This document shows, piece after piece, positions 1-12,711 of a stretch of DNA of 51,588 nucleotides. A program made the translations under genes and the position numbers. The number at the start of each line of letters is the position of its first letter. Positions within the stretch are counted from its first letter, which is position 1. Source of the stretch: Chiloscyllium plagiosum (taxonomy: Eukaryota); NCBI RefSeq assembly GCF_004010195.1, contig NC_057752.1:12288253-12339840 (forward strand), in the 5' to 3' direction. The notes beneath the pieces were generated by a model. The model searched no databases. It was not told the origin of the DNA and saw nothing but the letters and a program-made list of their open reading frames with translations.

Positions 1-1330
1 GCACCTTGTCTGTGGCCATCAATAAACTAATCATTGTAAGGGGCTCAGCAATCTCATCCTAGCTTCACAGGTACACTTGATCAGGTTCTGGGATTTATCC
101 CCTTTAAAGATATCAATCACCACCGCTATGGACATTTTTCCAAGCAGTCACCATTTATTTCCCCCACATTATGTCCTTCTCTACAGTAAACACCACAAGA
201 TACTGGTTTAGTATCTCCATCTCCTGCGGTTCCACACAGCTACTTTGCTGATTTTTGACTGGTCCTATTCTTGCCCTTGTTACCTTTTTAAAAGAAAGAT
301 TTATAGATCCTTTGGATTCCCCCTTAACACTATTTGCCAAAGCTGTCTCATGTCCCCTTTTTTGCCCCTCCTGATTTCCCTCTTAAGTATACTCTATGCC
401 TTATACTCTTAGGGATTCACTCTCTGCTGTCTATACCAAACATCTGCCTCTTTCTATTCTTAACCCAAACCTCCAAAGTTCTCTAGTCATCCAACATTCC
501 CTACACCTATCTGTCCCTCACCTTAGCAGGGGGATATTATCTCTGGACTCCTGTTATCTCCTTTATGAAACTTTCCATTTTCTAGCTGTCCTTTTTAAGC
601 TGCAAACATCCACTCCACCTTCCCTGCCCCCCCCCACCAAAAAAAGTTGGCCTTCATGCAATTTAGAATTTCAACTTTTAGATCTGGTCTATTCCTTTAT
701 CATTTTAAAATAGAATTGTGGTTGCTGACCCTAAAGTGCTTCCCCCACTGACACCTCAGTTACTTGCTCCGTCTTATTTCCCAAGAGTAGGTTAAGTAAT
801 TTGCACCTTCTAATAGTAGATCCACAGACAATCAGAATTAGTGTATACTTAAATTCCCCTCTGTCCAAAGCCTTGACAGTCCCAGTCTGTTTGGAAAGTT
901 AGAAGTCCCCCATCATTACCACCCTTTTCTTACAGAAGAGATCTCCTTGCAAGTTTCTCAATTTCCCACCCGACTATTGGAGAGTCTATAGTAAAACCCT
1001 AATGAGGTGATCAGCCTTTATCTCAGTTCACCCAACTTCCCTGGATGTATTCAAGAACATCCTCAATTAAAGCTGTAATGTTATCCCTTATCAAAAACAC
1101 CACTCCCCCTCTCTTAGCCCTTTTTTCCTATAGGATTTGTATTCTGAACACAAAGCTGTCAGTCCTGTCCATCTGAGCCATGTCTCTAATTGTTGATATC
1201 CTAGTCCCAATGTTCCTAACTGTGCCTCAAGTTCATCGGTCTTCCCAATTAGGCCTCTTGCTTTGAAGCAAGTGCAGTTTAATTTCAGTCCTACCTTGCT
1301 CTCAGCTTTGTTCCTGCCTTGACTTGCTCC
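1..1330 (-). mobile_element. Decayed CR1-clade LINE (APE endonuclease and start of RT region)
   Basis: Minus-strand remnants of CR1 ORF2 motifs: ETWL (~1180, ORF 1091..1363), VVMMGDF (~900-925) and SVFTVE-like VVFTVEKD (ORF 155..340). Many frameshifts. Confidence 0.8.
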
Positions 1331-1973
1331 TTTTCCCCAACTGATCACTTTCCTCTCCATCACCCTGGATCTCTTCAGCTATAGCCAAATAGAATATTGG
1401 CCTTAAATGTGGCCTAAAATTCTAAGTCACCACATAATACCCAAGGAGGCTTTGCAGGAGGGTACAGAAACAGACATTGCCTGGTTTCGTGGGTATTGGC
1501 TGAAGGATTGGATAAACTTAGCTTGCTTTCACTTGAAGGATGAGGGGTGAGCTCCTGTTACAAAAATTGGAGACATGGATATTCAGTCTTTCAAGGCAGA
1601 AATGCCAGTTACTAGAGGACTTAGTTACACTTTAACCTCTAAATATTAAAGAGGGGCAAACTCTTACCACCTTGTCTAAGTGCAGAGAATGTTCTGTGAG
1701 GTGGATACAGTATGAGACATCTCTACATATATGAACAGGTAGGGAACAGAAAGATAAGGACCACTTGGAGGCAGAAGGTTTTTCCCCCCATTTGGAGAGG
1801 GCACTGTTTCTGCAGACTTGGTGAGCTGATGGGCCTGTTTGTGTTGTGTACTGTTCTTATAACAGCTGCTTTGTTGAGACTGCACCTTAAGGTTGTGCAG
1901 TTTGTCTCAATTTAAGAATGTCCTGACATGGAGGCAGTTCAAAAGAGATTCACTTGGCTGATTCCAAGGATGA

Positions 1974-2186
1974 GGAGAAAGGCGAGGACTGCAGCTGCTG
2001 GTGATCAGAGTTGAAAAAAAAAAGTGGCACTGGAAGAGCACAGCAGGTCAGGCAGCATCCAAGGAGCAGAACTGCCATTTCAGGAATAATCCTCAGGAAT
2101 GAAGGGTTTATGCCTGAAAAGTCAGTCCTCCTGCTCCTGATGCTGCCTGACCTGCTGGGCTTTCAGCACTGCACTTTTTCAACTGC
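1974..2186. mobile_element. PLE terminal-repeat derivative: two inverted copies, hammerhead cores decayed
   Basis: 1974-2099 (minus) and 2100-2186 (plus) match the recurrent gctgcctgacctgctg repeat. Flanked by a 12-bp direct repeat ttccaaggatga (1962-1973, 2187-2198). Inserted in a CR1 3' fragment. Confidence 0.8.
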
Positions 2187-2449
2187 TTCCAAGGATGAAG
2201 TGATTAACTTCACAGAACAGCTAAACAGGTTAGGCATTTAAGAGTTATTGTATTGTAGGTGAAGCATGAAAGATTCTAAAGGGGGCTTGACCAGGAAGAT
2301 GTTCCAACAGGGGAGAAGACAAGGACGAGAGAAAGAAAGAGGAGGATCCTGACCTACTGCACATTTACAGAATAGCTGACTAAGCAAGGCAGGCAGAGGA
2401 ATCCAGGAGATAGTTTTAAAAGAAGCCTCCGTCTGACAGGTTGGAGATT

Positions 2450-2880
2450 CTTAGTCAGTTTGCTCATTCTCCTGAGCAAGTACTGTGGTACAAGGAACTA
2501 ATCAAGTAGGGGCAAAGACATGCAGTTTTAACTTAGAATGCAAGAGCCAGGAGAAATAGACACTTCTCTGGCCAGGATCAACAGGGCCTGGACAGTGGAT
2601 ATTGGGCAGATGTTTCTCCTACCACTGGAAACTAGTACCCCAGGGCACAACCTTAGAGTAAAAGGGAAGGCCTTTTTAAAGAATGGAAGAATGGAGCTAG
2701 GTCTTCAGCCAGAGTGGTGAATCTAGAGTTCATTGCCATAATGCTTGGAGGCCAGGTAGATTAAGATGGGGAGGCTCCAATTCTCAAGAGGATCAGGGGT
2801 TATGGACAGAAAGCCAGAGAATGGGGTTGAAAAAAAACTTAATGAATGGTAGAGCAGACTTAATGGGCTGAACCTTATCC
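2450..2880 (+). mobile_element. CR1-clade LINE 3' fragment
   Basis: GHNLRVKG motif (ORF 2538..2720) and 3' UTR sequence similar to the tail of the 29700-32114 copy. Confidence 0.7.
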
Positions 2881-5483
2881 TTAGTTTTCACAGGACAGTG
2901 CTGGCCCTGACCTCTAGTCAACTGGCCATAAAGGTTCCCACATGACAGGTGTAGATTTACCCTCAAACAGCCACTTCCAGTCTACATTCCAATTCCTGCC
3001 TAATATTGCAATAGTGAACCTTCCTCCAATTGCATACTTTGAGAATCACAAAAAAACACTTAGTGGGAGATTCAAGATGGCAGCAACCCAGCAAGGCTGA
3101 GTCTATAGTGCTCTGCCCAACACTCGGGCAAAGTGGGATACCAACCTTCAAACCTTTTAAATCATTTAGAATAACTCTTGCCCAGCATAGTCATTTTGCA
3201 TCAAAAAAACCTGTAATAGTTTAGTGTTGTTCTTAAAATGAAGGGCAAAAATTCCCAAAGTGCACAACAGGCAGGGACCCCTCCCCCTGCAGGGGCAGCA
3301 ATGTCTGCGGCCACCTTGGGGGGGAAAACTTACTGCAGAGGCAAGCCTGGTCTCCAGGACCAGCAAGCTGCAAGAGAGGATCGATGCCTTCAGTGAAGAA
3401 TCCAGGACCATGTGGGAGTAGTTCTTGGTTGCGCTTCTGCAGCATGACCGAGAAGTTGAAAAACTTGAACAATGTGTCGAGGGGCAGAGCAAAAGGCCAC
3501 AACCTCAAACTGTTGCTGCACTGGCACAGGCTGGGTCCTGGCTCTCAAGCAGAGAGTCTGGACCTTGGAAGAGCACAATCGACCACCTCGATAATTGGGG
3601 CTGTTGAAAAAAAAAAAATTCAGTTGCTGGGTCTTCCCGAACAGGAAGAGGAAGGCCAGCTTGCAGGCTTTTGGAGCAATGGCTCCCACAAATATTAAAG
3701 TTGGAGTCTGGACTGGACCAGGCCATCTACAGGTGGAGTGGGCCCCACCAGGTTGCTATACACAGGCCTGGGTCAGACCAGTGCCCCCACCCAGTTCTGT
3801 TCTGGCTCCAATGCTATAGAGAGCAGCAGATGCTCCTGGAAGCTTCCAGAGTCCTGGGGAAGGATCCGTGGGCCATGATACACAAAAGGTTCCAGGATTA
3901 TGTTATCCCAGGATTTTTCTCTAGCCATGGTCTGCAAGAGGAGGGCATTTGAGGAGGTGAAGTAGCACCTAAAGAGACCTAAATATCGAATATTCCTTGT
4001 TACTCAGCAATGCTGCGCTTCAGCCACAAAGGATCCATATACAACTTTGGATCACTGGAGAAGGCAAAAGAATTCTTGGACTCTCTTCAATAGACTAAGA
4101 TTCAAACCGTATGGATAATGATTTAGCTTTGCCCTGCTCTCCCACTGGTTTACCCTTTCCTTCTGTCCTTTGTTCATTACCTTCTCCAGGGGGCAGGGAG
4201 GGGGGGGCTCATTTGTTATTCACCTTTTTTAAAAACAGGCCATGTGGCTTATTGGGTATGTGGGGGGTGTTTTGTCCTATTTTTAAAAAAAAGTTCTCAT
4301 CTTAGTTTTCTAATAATTGCTGAGATTGTAATTTTGTAGTATGCTTGCTAAACACACCTAGGTGTTGGTGTGTGGTCACTCACTTAACTTTGGTTTTATA
4401 GAATACTTGAATTTGTCTACTCCATTTTGTAATGCCTGGGCTGAGGGCAGGGAGATGGGGTTATTAATAGGTAGTTACACCCCCTGGGAGCAAGGGGGAA
4501 AATCTCCTTTCAAATGTGATTTTTAAAAAAACAAAAAACCTTAGGAATAGTTTATTGTATTGGTGTAAGTGTCTTAAGTTTTTGCTTTTGTGAATTCTTC
4601 AGTGTTTACTTGGTGTTTTGGGTGGTGTTCTTTCTCCTGGGGGCGTGGGGGGAGGCGGGTGTCTCAGGCTTGCCTGGACAATCACCTATTCGCTTAGGTG
4701 GTGTGCCTGGAATGTGTCGGTCACCAAAAGGAAGATACTAATCAAACCTAAAAAAAAGGTTGATTTAGCTCTTTTACAAGAGACATCTACTTGATAAAAG
4801 AGCACTTAAAATTACAACAGGGTGGATTTGATGAGGCCTTTTTCTCATCTTTAGCTCAAAAAAGTAGGGGAGTGGTCATTCTCATTCAGAATATTCCTTT
4901 TAAAATCTTAAACCAGATAGATGAATCTGGATGGTGTATACTGATCAAAGCCCTAATAGATGGAGAGTAGTATGGGATTTTGAATCTTTATTGCCCCCTG
5001 GCACACATTCAAATTTGTAACAGAAGTGTTCTGCAAGTGGATGGCTTTTGGGGCCCACCATAGGAGGAGGAGATTTTAAATTGTATTATGGACTCAGATA
5101 GGACACCCAAGAGTACTATGGGTATAATCTTAGATCCAGACAATTGGCAGATCTGAATAAGGAGCTAGGGCTAGATGATGTGAGGAGATGTCTTTACCCC
5201 AGGGCAGAGACTTTTTCTATTTGAACCCACACAAGTGTCATACTAGAATTGATGTTTTTTGCTCCCTTGACCCTTTAGAATTCCAGATCATCCTGCAAAA
5301 TAGGTAATATAGCAACCTCTGATCATGCCACACAGTATATATGGAAGACAAGACTAGAGATAATGGGACAGGTCCCAGACATTGGTGTACAGATTTCTAA
5401 ATGAAAGACAGCAAATTTATAAAATATTTTTTCCTCAAGAGTTCAAAACCTTTCTGGAAATTAATTCAGGTACAGCCAGTAAC

Positions 5484-5505
5484 CAGTCAGTCAGTCAGTC
5501 AGTCA
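5484..5505 (+). repeat. (CAGT)5 microsatellite inside L1 ORF2
   Basis: cagtcagtcagtcagtcagtca read directly. Confidence 0.9.
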
Positions 5506-7254
5506 ATGTGGGAGACCATTAAGGCTTGAGGTCTGGATTTCATATTCTGCGACCCAGAAAAAAGCCAAGGGAGAACAGTGCCTGCTTGAAGGCAGCGAGA
5601 CAGCATATGTTGATAGGCCCTCTATTACTAAGCTACAAAAGGATCACAGCCCTTAGGACAGCCTTGAATACTGCACTTACCAAAACAGCAGAGAGGGAAA
5701 TATTATTTGCAAAGCTAAGACTATGAATATGGCGACAAGCCTGGCAGTTACCTAGCGTATCTTGCTAGGGAAAGAAAGCTCCTCAAGCAATCATGTCCAT
5801 TAAGGAAAGTGCTGGTACTCTGACTTGTGATTCTAAAGGCTGTATTGATCCTTTTACAAAAGTTCTGTTTTGACTTGTACAAAATTGCAGGACTGAGGCT
5901 AGAATGAAGATGGAGTCCTTTAAAAACTTGGCCTTTCTGGATTTAACCTGAGCAGGTGTCAATCTGAATGCTCCCTTGGCAACCCAGGAAGTACGTGATG
6001 CAATTAGATAGTTTCAAAGTGGCAAATCACCTGGACCAGATGGATTCCAGGTTGAATTTTATAAAAATTCATGGAGAACTGGCTGGTCCACTTATAGACA
6101 TAAATAATTACTCAGTCAGGGCTGCCTCCTGCCCTCAAGAAGCAAATATTTCTCATTCAAGGAAAGGCCCCAGAAGATTGATCATATAGACGAATATCCT
6201 TGCTAAGTGTAGATTTTAAAATCCTTTCTAAAAAATGCTAGCATTAAGATTGGAGAGGGTCTTACCATATATCAAGAGGGGACCAGACAGGGTTTATCAA
6301 GGTCCATAGATCATCTAACATTAGAAGGATCCTAAATATGATACAAGCCTGTCAACAGGAAAGAATACTGGGGATAGTTGTCTCGTTGGATGCAGAGAAG
6401 GCATTTGACCAAGTTGAATGGTCAGTTTTTTAAAAAAAAACACACTGGAAAGGTTTGATGTTTGAGAGGTCTTTTCTAAATGGGTTTCAATACTATACAA
6501 TGACAGCAAAGCAGCCGTGATTACCAATCATTTAGGATTGGATAGCTTCAGTGTAGGTAGGGGCTGTTGTCAGGGATGTCCTCATTATACTTGCTAATTG
6601 AACCACTAGCAGAAGCTATACAAACCAGCTCTAACAGTGGCTCTGAGGGTTGGTTCAGGTAAACAAAAATCACTATGTAGATGATGGCCTCCTTTTCTTA
6701 ATCCTTTGATATCCATACCCTGCTTAATTCAATTTAGCATGTTCTGGCTATAAAATCAATTTTATGAAACCGGAGGCCATGCAGTTAGGTGGTCTCACCT
6801 GTATATCCAATTTATTGGACGGATCTGGTTTTCCCTTTTGGTGGTCACTAGAGGGCTTTCTATACTTAGGTATTTTTATCACCCCAGTATTTGGTCAGCT
6901 GTATAAAGCCAATTTTGTGCACCTACTAGAGAAAATAAGGCAGGACCTTCAACATTGGGGAGACCTCCCAATATCCTGGTTAGGCAGAGTAGCTCTAGTT
7001 AAAGGTGAATATTCTGCCTCGTCTCTTATATCCTAGGAGAATGCTCCCTTTGACATTGTGGAGACTGGTGTTATGTAAACTACATGGCTAGCTTGGTTCC
7101 TTTATTTGGAATCATAGACGGCCCTTATCAAATTAGAAAAGCTGCAAATGGCCCCTCAAATCTTATTTTCAGATGAGAGCAATTATGGACTATTGCAAAA
7201 ACCCAATTGTATTAAATACAATTAAAGCCTGGAGGATAATGCAACAAGATGAGT

Positions 7255-7532
7255 GGGCGGCACGGTAGCACAGTGCCTAGCACTGCTGCCCCTCAGTGCC
7301 AGAGACCCGGGTTCAATTCCCGCCTCAGGTGACTACCCAGTGTCTGCGTGGGTTTCCTCCCACAATCCAAAGATGTGCAGGTTAGGTGAATTGGCCATGC
7401 TAAATTGCCCGTAGTGTTAGGTGAAGGGATAAATGTAGGAGAATGGGTCTGGGTGGGTTGCGCTTCAGTGGGTCGGTGTGGACTTGTTGGGCCAAAGGGC
7501 CTGTTTCCACACTAAGTAATCTAAAAAAAAAA
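7255..7532 (+). mobile_element. HE1-like tRNA-derived (V-domain) SINE inserted in L1 ORF2
   Basis: Head gggcggcacggtagcacagtg (A box) and B box gggttcaattcc (7309-7320). Central gtgggtttcctcc...gtgcaggttaggtgaattggccatgctaaattgcc. Tail gacttgttgggccaaagggcctgtttcc followed by an A-run. Confidence 0.9.
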
Positions 7533-8574
7533 GGAGGGTAACTTAAAACCCTCATACTCCTATAGTGGAGCATTGGGTTCTCAGCCAGGGCTGAGACACT
7601 ACATTTAAAACCTGAAGGTCCAGAGGTATCTCTTGCTTAGAGGACCTGTTCGATAGGTAGGTTGTCTTGAGCAGCTGCACCAGAGGTTTGACTGCCTAAT
7701 GGAGACCTTTTTTCACATTTCCAAATGAGATTATATACAGAAGCCCACATTAATCAGACAGTCCCTACAAAATCAGATAGGGAGAAAAAAAGTGCTATGG
7801 CCAATGGGGCCACCCTCGGTCAGCACTTTATCACTCATTACATAATGGGGTATCAAAAGACATGGAATGACTGTTCAAAACATGGAACCAGGAATTGGGG
7901 TTAGAAATTCCATCAGAAGCGTGAGTGGACATCTGGGAAATGCCAGAAAGATCTCCATTTGTAATAGAACTCAAGCTATTCAATTAAAGATACTCCATGG
8001 GGCTCATAACACCGGAATGACTGGCAAGTTTTAGGGTAGGAACATCCCTAATGTGTCCTAAATGGGAAATAGAAGTGGGTGCACTCGCACACTTTATGGA
8101 CATGTCACAAGATCTGCAAATACTGGGACAGAGTAGAGAATGCTCGGACAGAAATCTTGGGAACAGAGATTGGATTGGATCCAGTGTCTCTTCTCCTGGG
8201 CTTTTCAAATCTGCCCTCCCTGGATGTATACAGGAGGAAACTATTCTTCATTCTCTTGCTGTGCAAGGAAAAATCTTAGTCAATTGGGTAGCTGAGGGCC
8301 CTCCAGGACTTTTGAGCTGGCACAGGTTAATCATGGAATATAACCCTTAACTTCCACAAATATGGTGGCCAAAAAAAAAAAGGGAATTAATCTAAATATG
8401 GCAGCCCTTTCAACTATATAGAGACATATTTCGGCCATATTGTCAAGGCTTTTGTCTTGATGTGGTAGTGGTTCTGGCCAGTCTGGGGAGGGGCTGGGTG
8501 GGTGGAGGAATCCTGTATAAATACAGGTTTTAAATCATGACTTGGGTCAGTCGGTCATAGAGCTATATAGCAAT

Positions 8575-8885
8575 CTTGTAATCTGAGGTAACCCTCTTCG
8601 CTGTACACTACACCTCCAATTGGTGTCATCTGCAAACTTACTAAGTCTTATGCTCACATCCAAGTCATTTAAGTAAAATGACAACAAGTAGAGGACCCAG
8701 CACTGATCCTCGTGACACCCCACTGGTCACAGGCCTCCAGTCTGAAAAACAACCCTCCACCACCCTCATCTACTTGAGCCAGTTCTGTATCCAAATGGCT
8801 AGTTCTCCCTGTATTCCGAGATCTAACCTTGCTGATCAGTCTCCCATGGGGAACCTTGTTGAATACCTTACTGAAGTCCATGTTA
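8575..8885 (-). mobile_element. CR1-clade RT fragment nested in the L1 3' region
   Basis: ORF 8669..8881 MDFSKVFNKVPHGRLISKV, plus minus-strand KFADDT (~8620-8640). Confidence 0.85.
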
Positions 8886-8996
8886 ATACTTCAAGTATAT
8901 GCTTAATTATTACACTTAGTAGTAATGCAAGACATCTTATATGCTTTGTTTGTTTGTAGGATAGATTTGTAGTTAGCTGAGTGATTTTTCTTGGTG

Positions 8997-9120
8997 GAGA
9001 AAGTGAGGTCTGCAGATGCTGGAGATCAAAGCTGAAACTTTATTGCTGGAACAGCACAGCAGGTCAGGCAGCATCTAGGGAACAGAAGATTCGATGTTTC
9101 GGGCACATGCCCTTCTTCAG
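8997..9120 (-). mobile_element. Solo PLE terminal repeat with near-intact minimal hammerhead motif
   Basis: Minus strand begins CTGAAGA-A-GGGC-ATGT-GCCC-GAAAC-ATC (9120-9093). 14-bp TSD gatttttcttggtg at 8983-8996 and 9121-9134. Confidence 0.85.
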
Positions 9121-9224
9121 GATTTTTCTTGGTGTTTTGGTTATTACATATTTAATTGTATATTTATACTTGTCTGTATTAGAGTAGTGTTAAACATTTT
9201 TTCTTCCTTCAAAAATACTAAAGA

Positions 9225-9840
9225 ACCTTAGCTATGGTCACTGTTCTACAAAAATATTCCCCGACTAAAACTTCAACCATCTGGCTGGGCTCATTCAATA
9301 CCAGGTCCAGTCTAGCCCCTTCCAAAGTTGGACTGTTTACATAAATTGTTCAAAAAACCACACACCCTGGACACCTAAAATTCTCCCCAATCTAAGGCCC
9401 CAGCACTGAATAAAATCAGTCAATAAAGTTGTCACCCAGTACAACATTCATTCACAATTTACCATGATCGGTCCACGTTTCTTTATCACCCATTGGCAGT
9501 TGGGATTGTACTCAGACCTACAAAGTGACTACACTGAACTCTACCCATATGGCCTTCCTGGATGAGCCCTCCAAGGTGTCTTCAGTCCAGCTGAAATATT
9601 CTCCCAAAAGAGTAAAGCTAAACACTCCCACTTTTTTTTTTAAAAAAACATCCCTCTTTCATCTGAAAGATTTAAATCCCAAAATGTTAAGCAATCAGCC
9701 TTATGCCCCTCTCCAGTCTCAAATTGCTACAAGATCATAGTTGTATGTATTAATCCAAGTTCTAACTTAATCTGCCCTACGGGCTATAGTCACATTAAAA
9801 AGACATACATTTCAGATAGCCAGTCCCACCATGTTCAGTA
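9225..9840 (-). mobile_element. CR1-clade endonuclease region remnant, continuing 2880-3060
   Basis: SDH motif (agtgaccat on minus, ~9234-9242). KVCNWRKVHYCNIRQEL lies on the other side of the L1 (ORF 2963..3151). Confidence 0.65.
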
Positions 9841-10717
9841 GCCTCTCCATCTGTTCTTCCTGTCTTACCAGGATTTTTAAAAGTTCCAAACACTAGTGAT
9901 AAAGTAGTCAAAATTATTGGGTTTAATTAAACCCTACATGCTAAAATCTTCATTTCATGTACAAGAACATTTAGTGCTGCGCTCGAGTCTCTCCACTTAG
10001 TCTGCCTTTTAATTTTTTTTTAAAATCAAAGTGCATGACATCACTTTCGTCTATTTATCTCCATTTGGAGTGTATTAAACCCACTCAACCAATCTACATC
10101 TCCTGCAGATTCCTTATTGCAATATACCCCCCCCCCCCCACCTATTTTTGGTATCACCAGTAAATTTGGTGACATTACCCTCTGCCCCTTCATGTCATTA
10201 CAGATAGCAATGAATGGAAGCCTGGGAGTGATATTGTGATACTTTGACTGGAAGAGAAGTCCCACTCATCTAGATTTAAAAACAATGCTGGAGAAATGCA
10301 GCAATCTGGCAACATCTGTCGAAACAAACAGTTAAGATTTCAGAGTCTGGACTTCAAAGCAAGGGGAGCTCTAATATATTTTTTAAAATGCTGTTCATGA
10401 AGGAGTGATGAGCAAGTGAAACAGATTATCCATTGCACTGGGTATTCTTACAGAAGAAAGCATTAATGCTGAAAAGGAGACAAAGCATTGAGAAAAAGAT
10501 AAAAGAAATGGACTCTGCTGAGCAGAGTCAATAGGACACGGTCAAGGGGGAAAATGAAGTGAAGGGGGAGGAGATGGAGGTAGGGAAGGAAAGAACAGGG
10601 TCTTGTAATCAAAAACAAAAAATGGCAGGTAGAGGTCATGCTCAAGTGGAGGTCAACTCAAAGGGTAGATTCAAGAAAACTGTAAAAGTGCCTAAGTGGA
10701 AAAATGAGATGGTTGTT

Positions 10718-10931
10718 AGAATCAGAATGCCTCCAGTGTGGAAACAGGCCATTGGCTGAACAAGTCCACACTGACCCTCCAAAGAGGATCCCATCCATAC
10801 CCATTCCCCAAAATTAGTCTATGTTTCCCCTGACTAATGCACCTAACCTACATATCCCTGAACACTATAGGCAATTTAGCATGGCCAATTCAGCTAACCT
10901 GCACATCTTTGGACTGTGGGAAGAAACCCAC
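10718..10931 (-). mobile_element. Partial HE1-like SINE inserted in an old PLE remnant (~10280-11020)
   Basis: gcaatttagcatggccaattcagctaacctgcacatctttggactgtggg is the reverse complement of the SINE core at ~7360-7410. Confidence 0.85.
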
Positions 10932-12319
10932 TGGCTTGGAATACTACAGCATGTGCAGGACGGAAAAGCATTGGAGAAAGATAGCTTATTGAAAAGGACA
11001 AGCAACTGAAAGAGGGGTTGGGTCACTTGAGTAGAGTAATTAATCCTGACTTTACTCCTCAATCCAGGAGAGGACACTGCCCCCAAGTGAGCTGCTGGTC
11101 TTGCATTACTTTTCCAGCAAGGTAAAAAAAAACCAAATGTTTGTGGTAATTCAAATGCATTACATCATGTAGTCCCACTTCACATCCAGAACTAAAAATC
11201 TTTCTAACAGGATTTCCCCTTTCACAAACCATGTGACAGTTTAATTACATTAAACCCCATTGCCTCTTGAATAATGGACCCCAGCAATTCCACCCCCCCC
11301 CCTCCCAATTACAGACATTAGACCCACTTTCTCCCTCCTTGAAGAGGGATGTCAATTTTCCAGTCTACTGGAACCCTCCTAGAATCCAGTGATTTCTGGT
11401 TTATTTCAATTAACACCTTAACTCTTGTTGCAACTATTTCCTTTAAAACCTTTGGATGCAGGCTCTGGTTTTGGAAGGTGGAAAAGTTGTCATTAGTTTG
11501 TCAAATTTGTCCCTTATGACGGAGGCTCTTAAGACTTCCCCTCCCATTAGCACCTCACTTTTCATCTTTGCATTTGTTTCACTGACAGTAAAGCATCCCA
11601 AAGTTAGTTTCAACTACATGCAATTTCCCCATTTATGAATTCCTCAGCTGCATCCACTTTAAGAGAAAGTCCCATTTTAAATACATGAGCAGCTACAGTA
11701 AAAGACTTGGTCATCTGCTACTGGTTCCTCAAACTTCCCAATTCTATGGCCTACTAGTTTGTTAGTCATAGGCATACAAAATGACAAAGGCAGTCAGAGT
11801 ATCCTAAGTGATTCATCTTGGATTTTGATAAAGATTTTGCAGTGTTATGCAACGTGCTCAATATCTACCACTGCTCGTCTGCTGACCTTGCCCTTTGTCA
11901 AAAGGAGGGAGAGAAAATAGACCATGCTCTCTTTATACTGAAAGCTGGTCTTTAAGTTGAGGCCAGAGTTGCTCTCCCTCAATGGGATTTGAAGTTTTAC
12001 TATACAGTGATCATTACCCACTAGAGGATCCTTAGAGATATTTGTTATTAGCCATTTCTCATTAGATCAAAATAACATTCCATGTCAGTCCTTCAGTGCT
12101 CTGCTGATACACAAACAAGCAACTACAAAGGGCTTACCCACAATTTGAACATTCACCATAGATCCTAAAGCAAGAATCATACACCTAGAGCAAATGTTTC
12201 ATGATCAGCAGCTGTGTGGAGAGTTAACATGCACCTTGACAGTACACTGGCTTGGATTTGATTGCACATAAATGGTGAGCAGTGGTGCAAGATCAAACTT
12301 AGCTTGAAGTTGCCTCCTA

Positions 12320-12400
12320 AATGAAGGGCTTCTGCCTGAAGTGTCAACTCTCCTGCTCCTTAGATGGTGCCTGACCTGCTGTGCTTTTCCAGCAAACGTC
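12320..12400 (+). mobile_element. Decayed PLE terminal-repeat fragment
   Basis: tgaagggcttctgcctgaagtgtcaactctcctgctcc...cctgacctgctgtgcttttccagca matches the family. Confidence 0.75.
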
Positions 12401-12711
12401 TCAAAACTTTAAAAAAAAACAGCAGCAGGGAAGGGGTGAAGATGTACAAATCCTACCCAAAAAACAAACACTCCTGGCAATCCAAAGTAGAATATTTCAG
12501 CAAGTGACAATTGAGCTAAATGATCACCTGCCAATAATTCAGTTGTTTTCTCCAAGCCCATTTCAGTTTTGAAATCACTACTGAAATTTCTTGCATCCAG
12601 ATAAGATCATTTTTGTAACTGACTGTTTCTGCAAATGTAGAAGATTAGCCACACAATTCAATTGCTGTTTCCTAGTCTATTTCTAGAAGATTGTAGTCTT
12701 AAAAATCAGCC

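Larger units (their letters stand above)
3065..9215 (+). mobile_element. Near full-length decayed L1/Tx1-clade non-LTR retrotransposon (ORF1 + EN-RT ORF2)
   Basis: 5' CAAGATGGC motif (3073-3081). ORF1-like DHLDNWG/IQLLGLPEQEEEGQL/EQWLPQIL (~3580-3950). ORF2 endonuclease motifs WNV (~4708), ALLQET (~4770), SRGVVILI (~4863), SDHA (~5318). RT motifs YRRISLLSVDFKILSK (~6186), DQTGFI, LDAEKAFDQVEW (~6386), RGCCQGCP (~6560), YVDD (~6675). C-terminal CPK/H..WTC knuckle remnant (~8051-8110). Interrupts a minus-strand CR1 (2880-3060 and 9225-9840). Confidence 0.85.

Noticed and set aside
7255..7330. tRNA genes (also ~18200-18268 and ~37834-37905)
   Set aside because: A/B boxes are SINE heads that continue into the SINE core and tail. 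No complete cloverleaf.
9919..9934. Perfect 16-bp palindrome GGGTTTAATTAAACCC
   Set aside because: About one palindrome of this length is expected by chance in 51 kb, and there is no supporting context.
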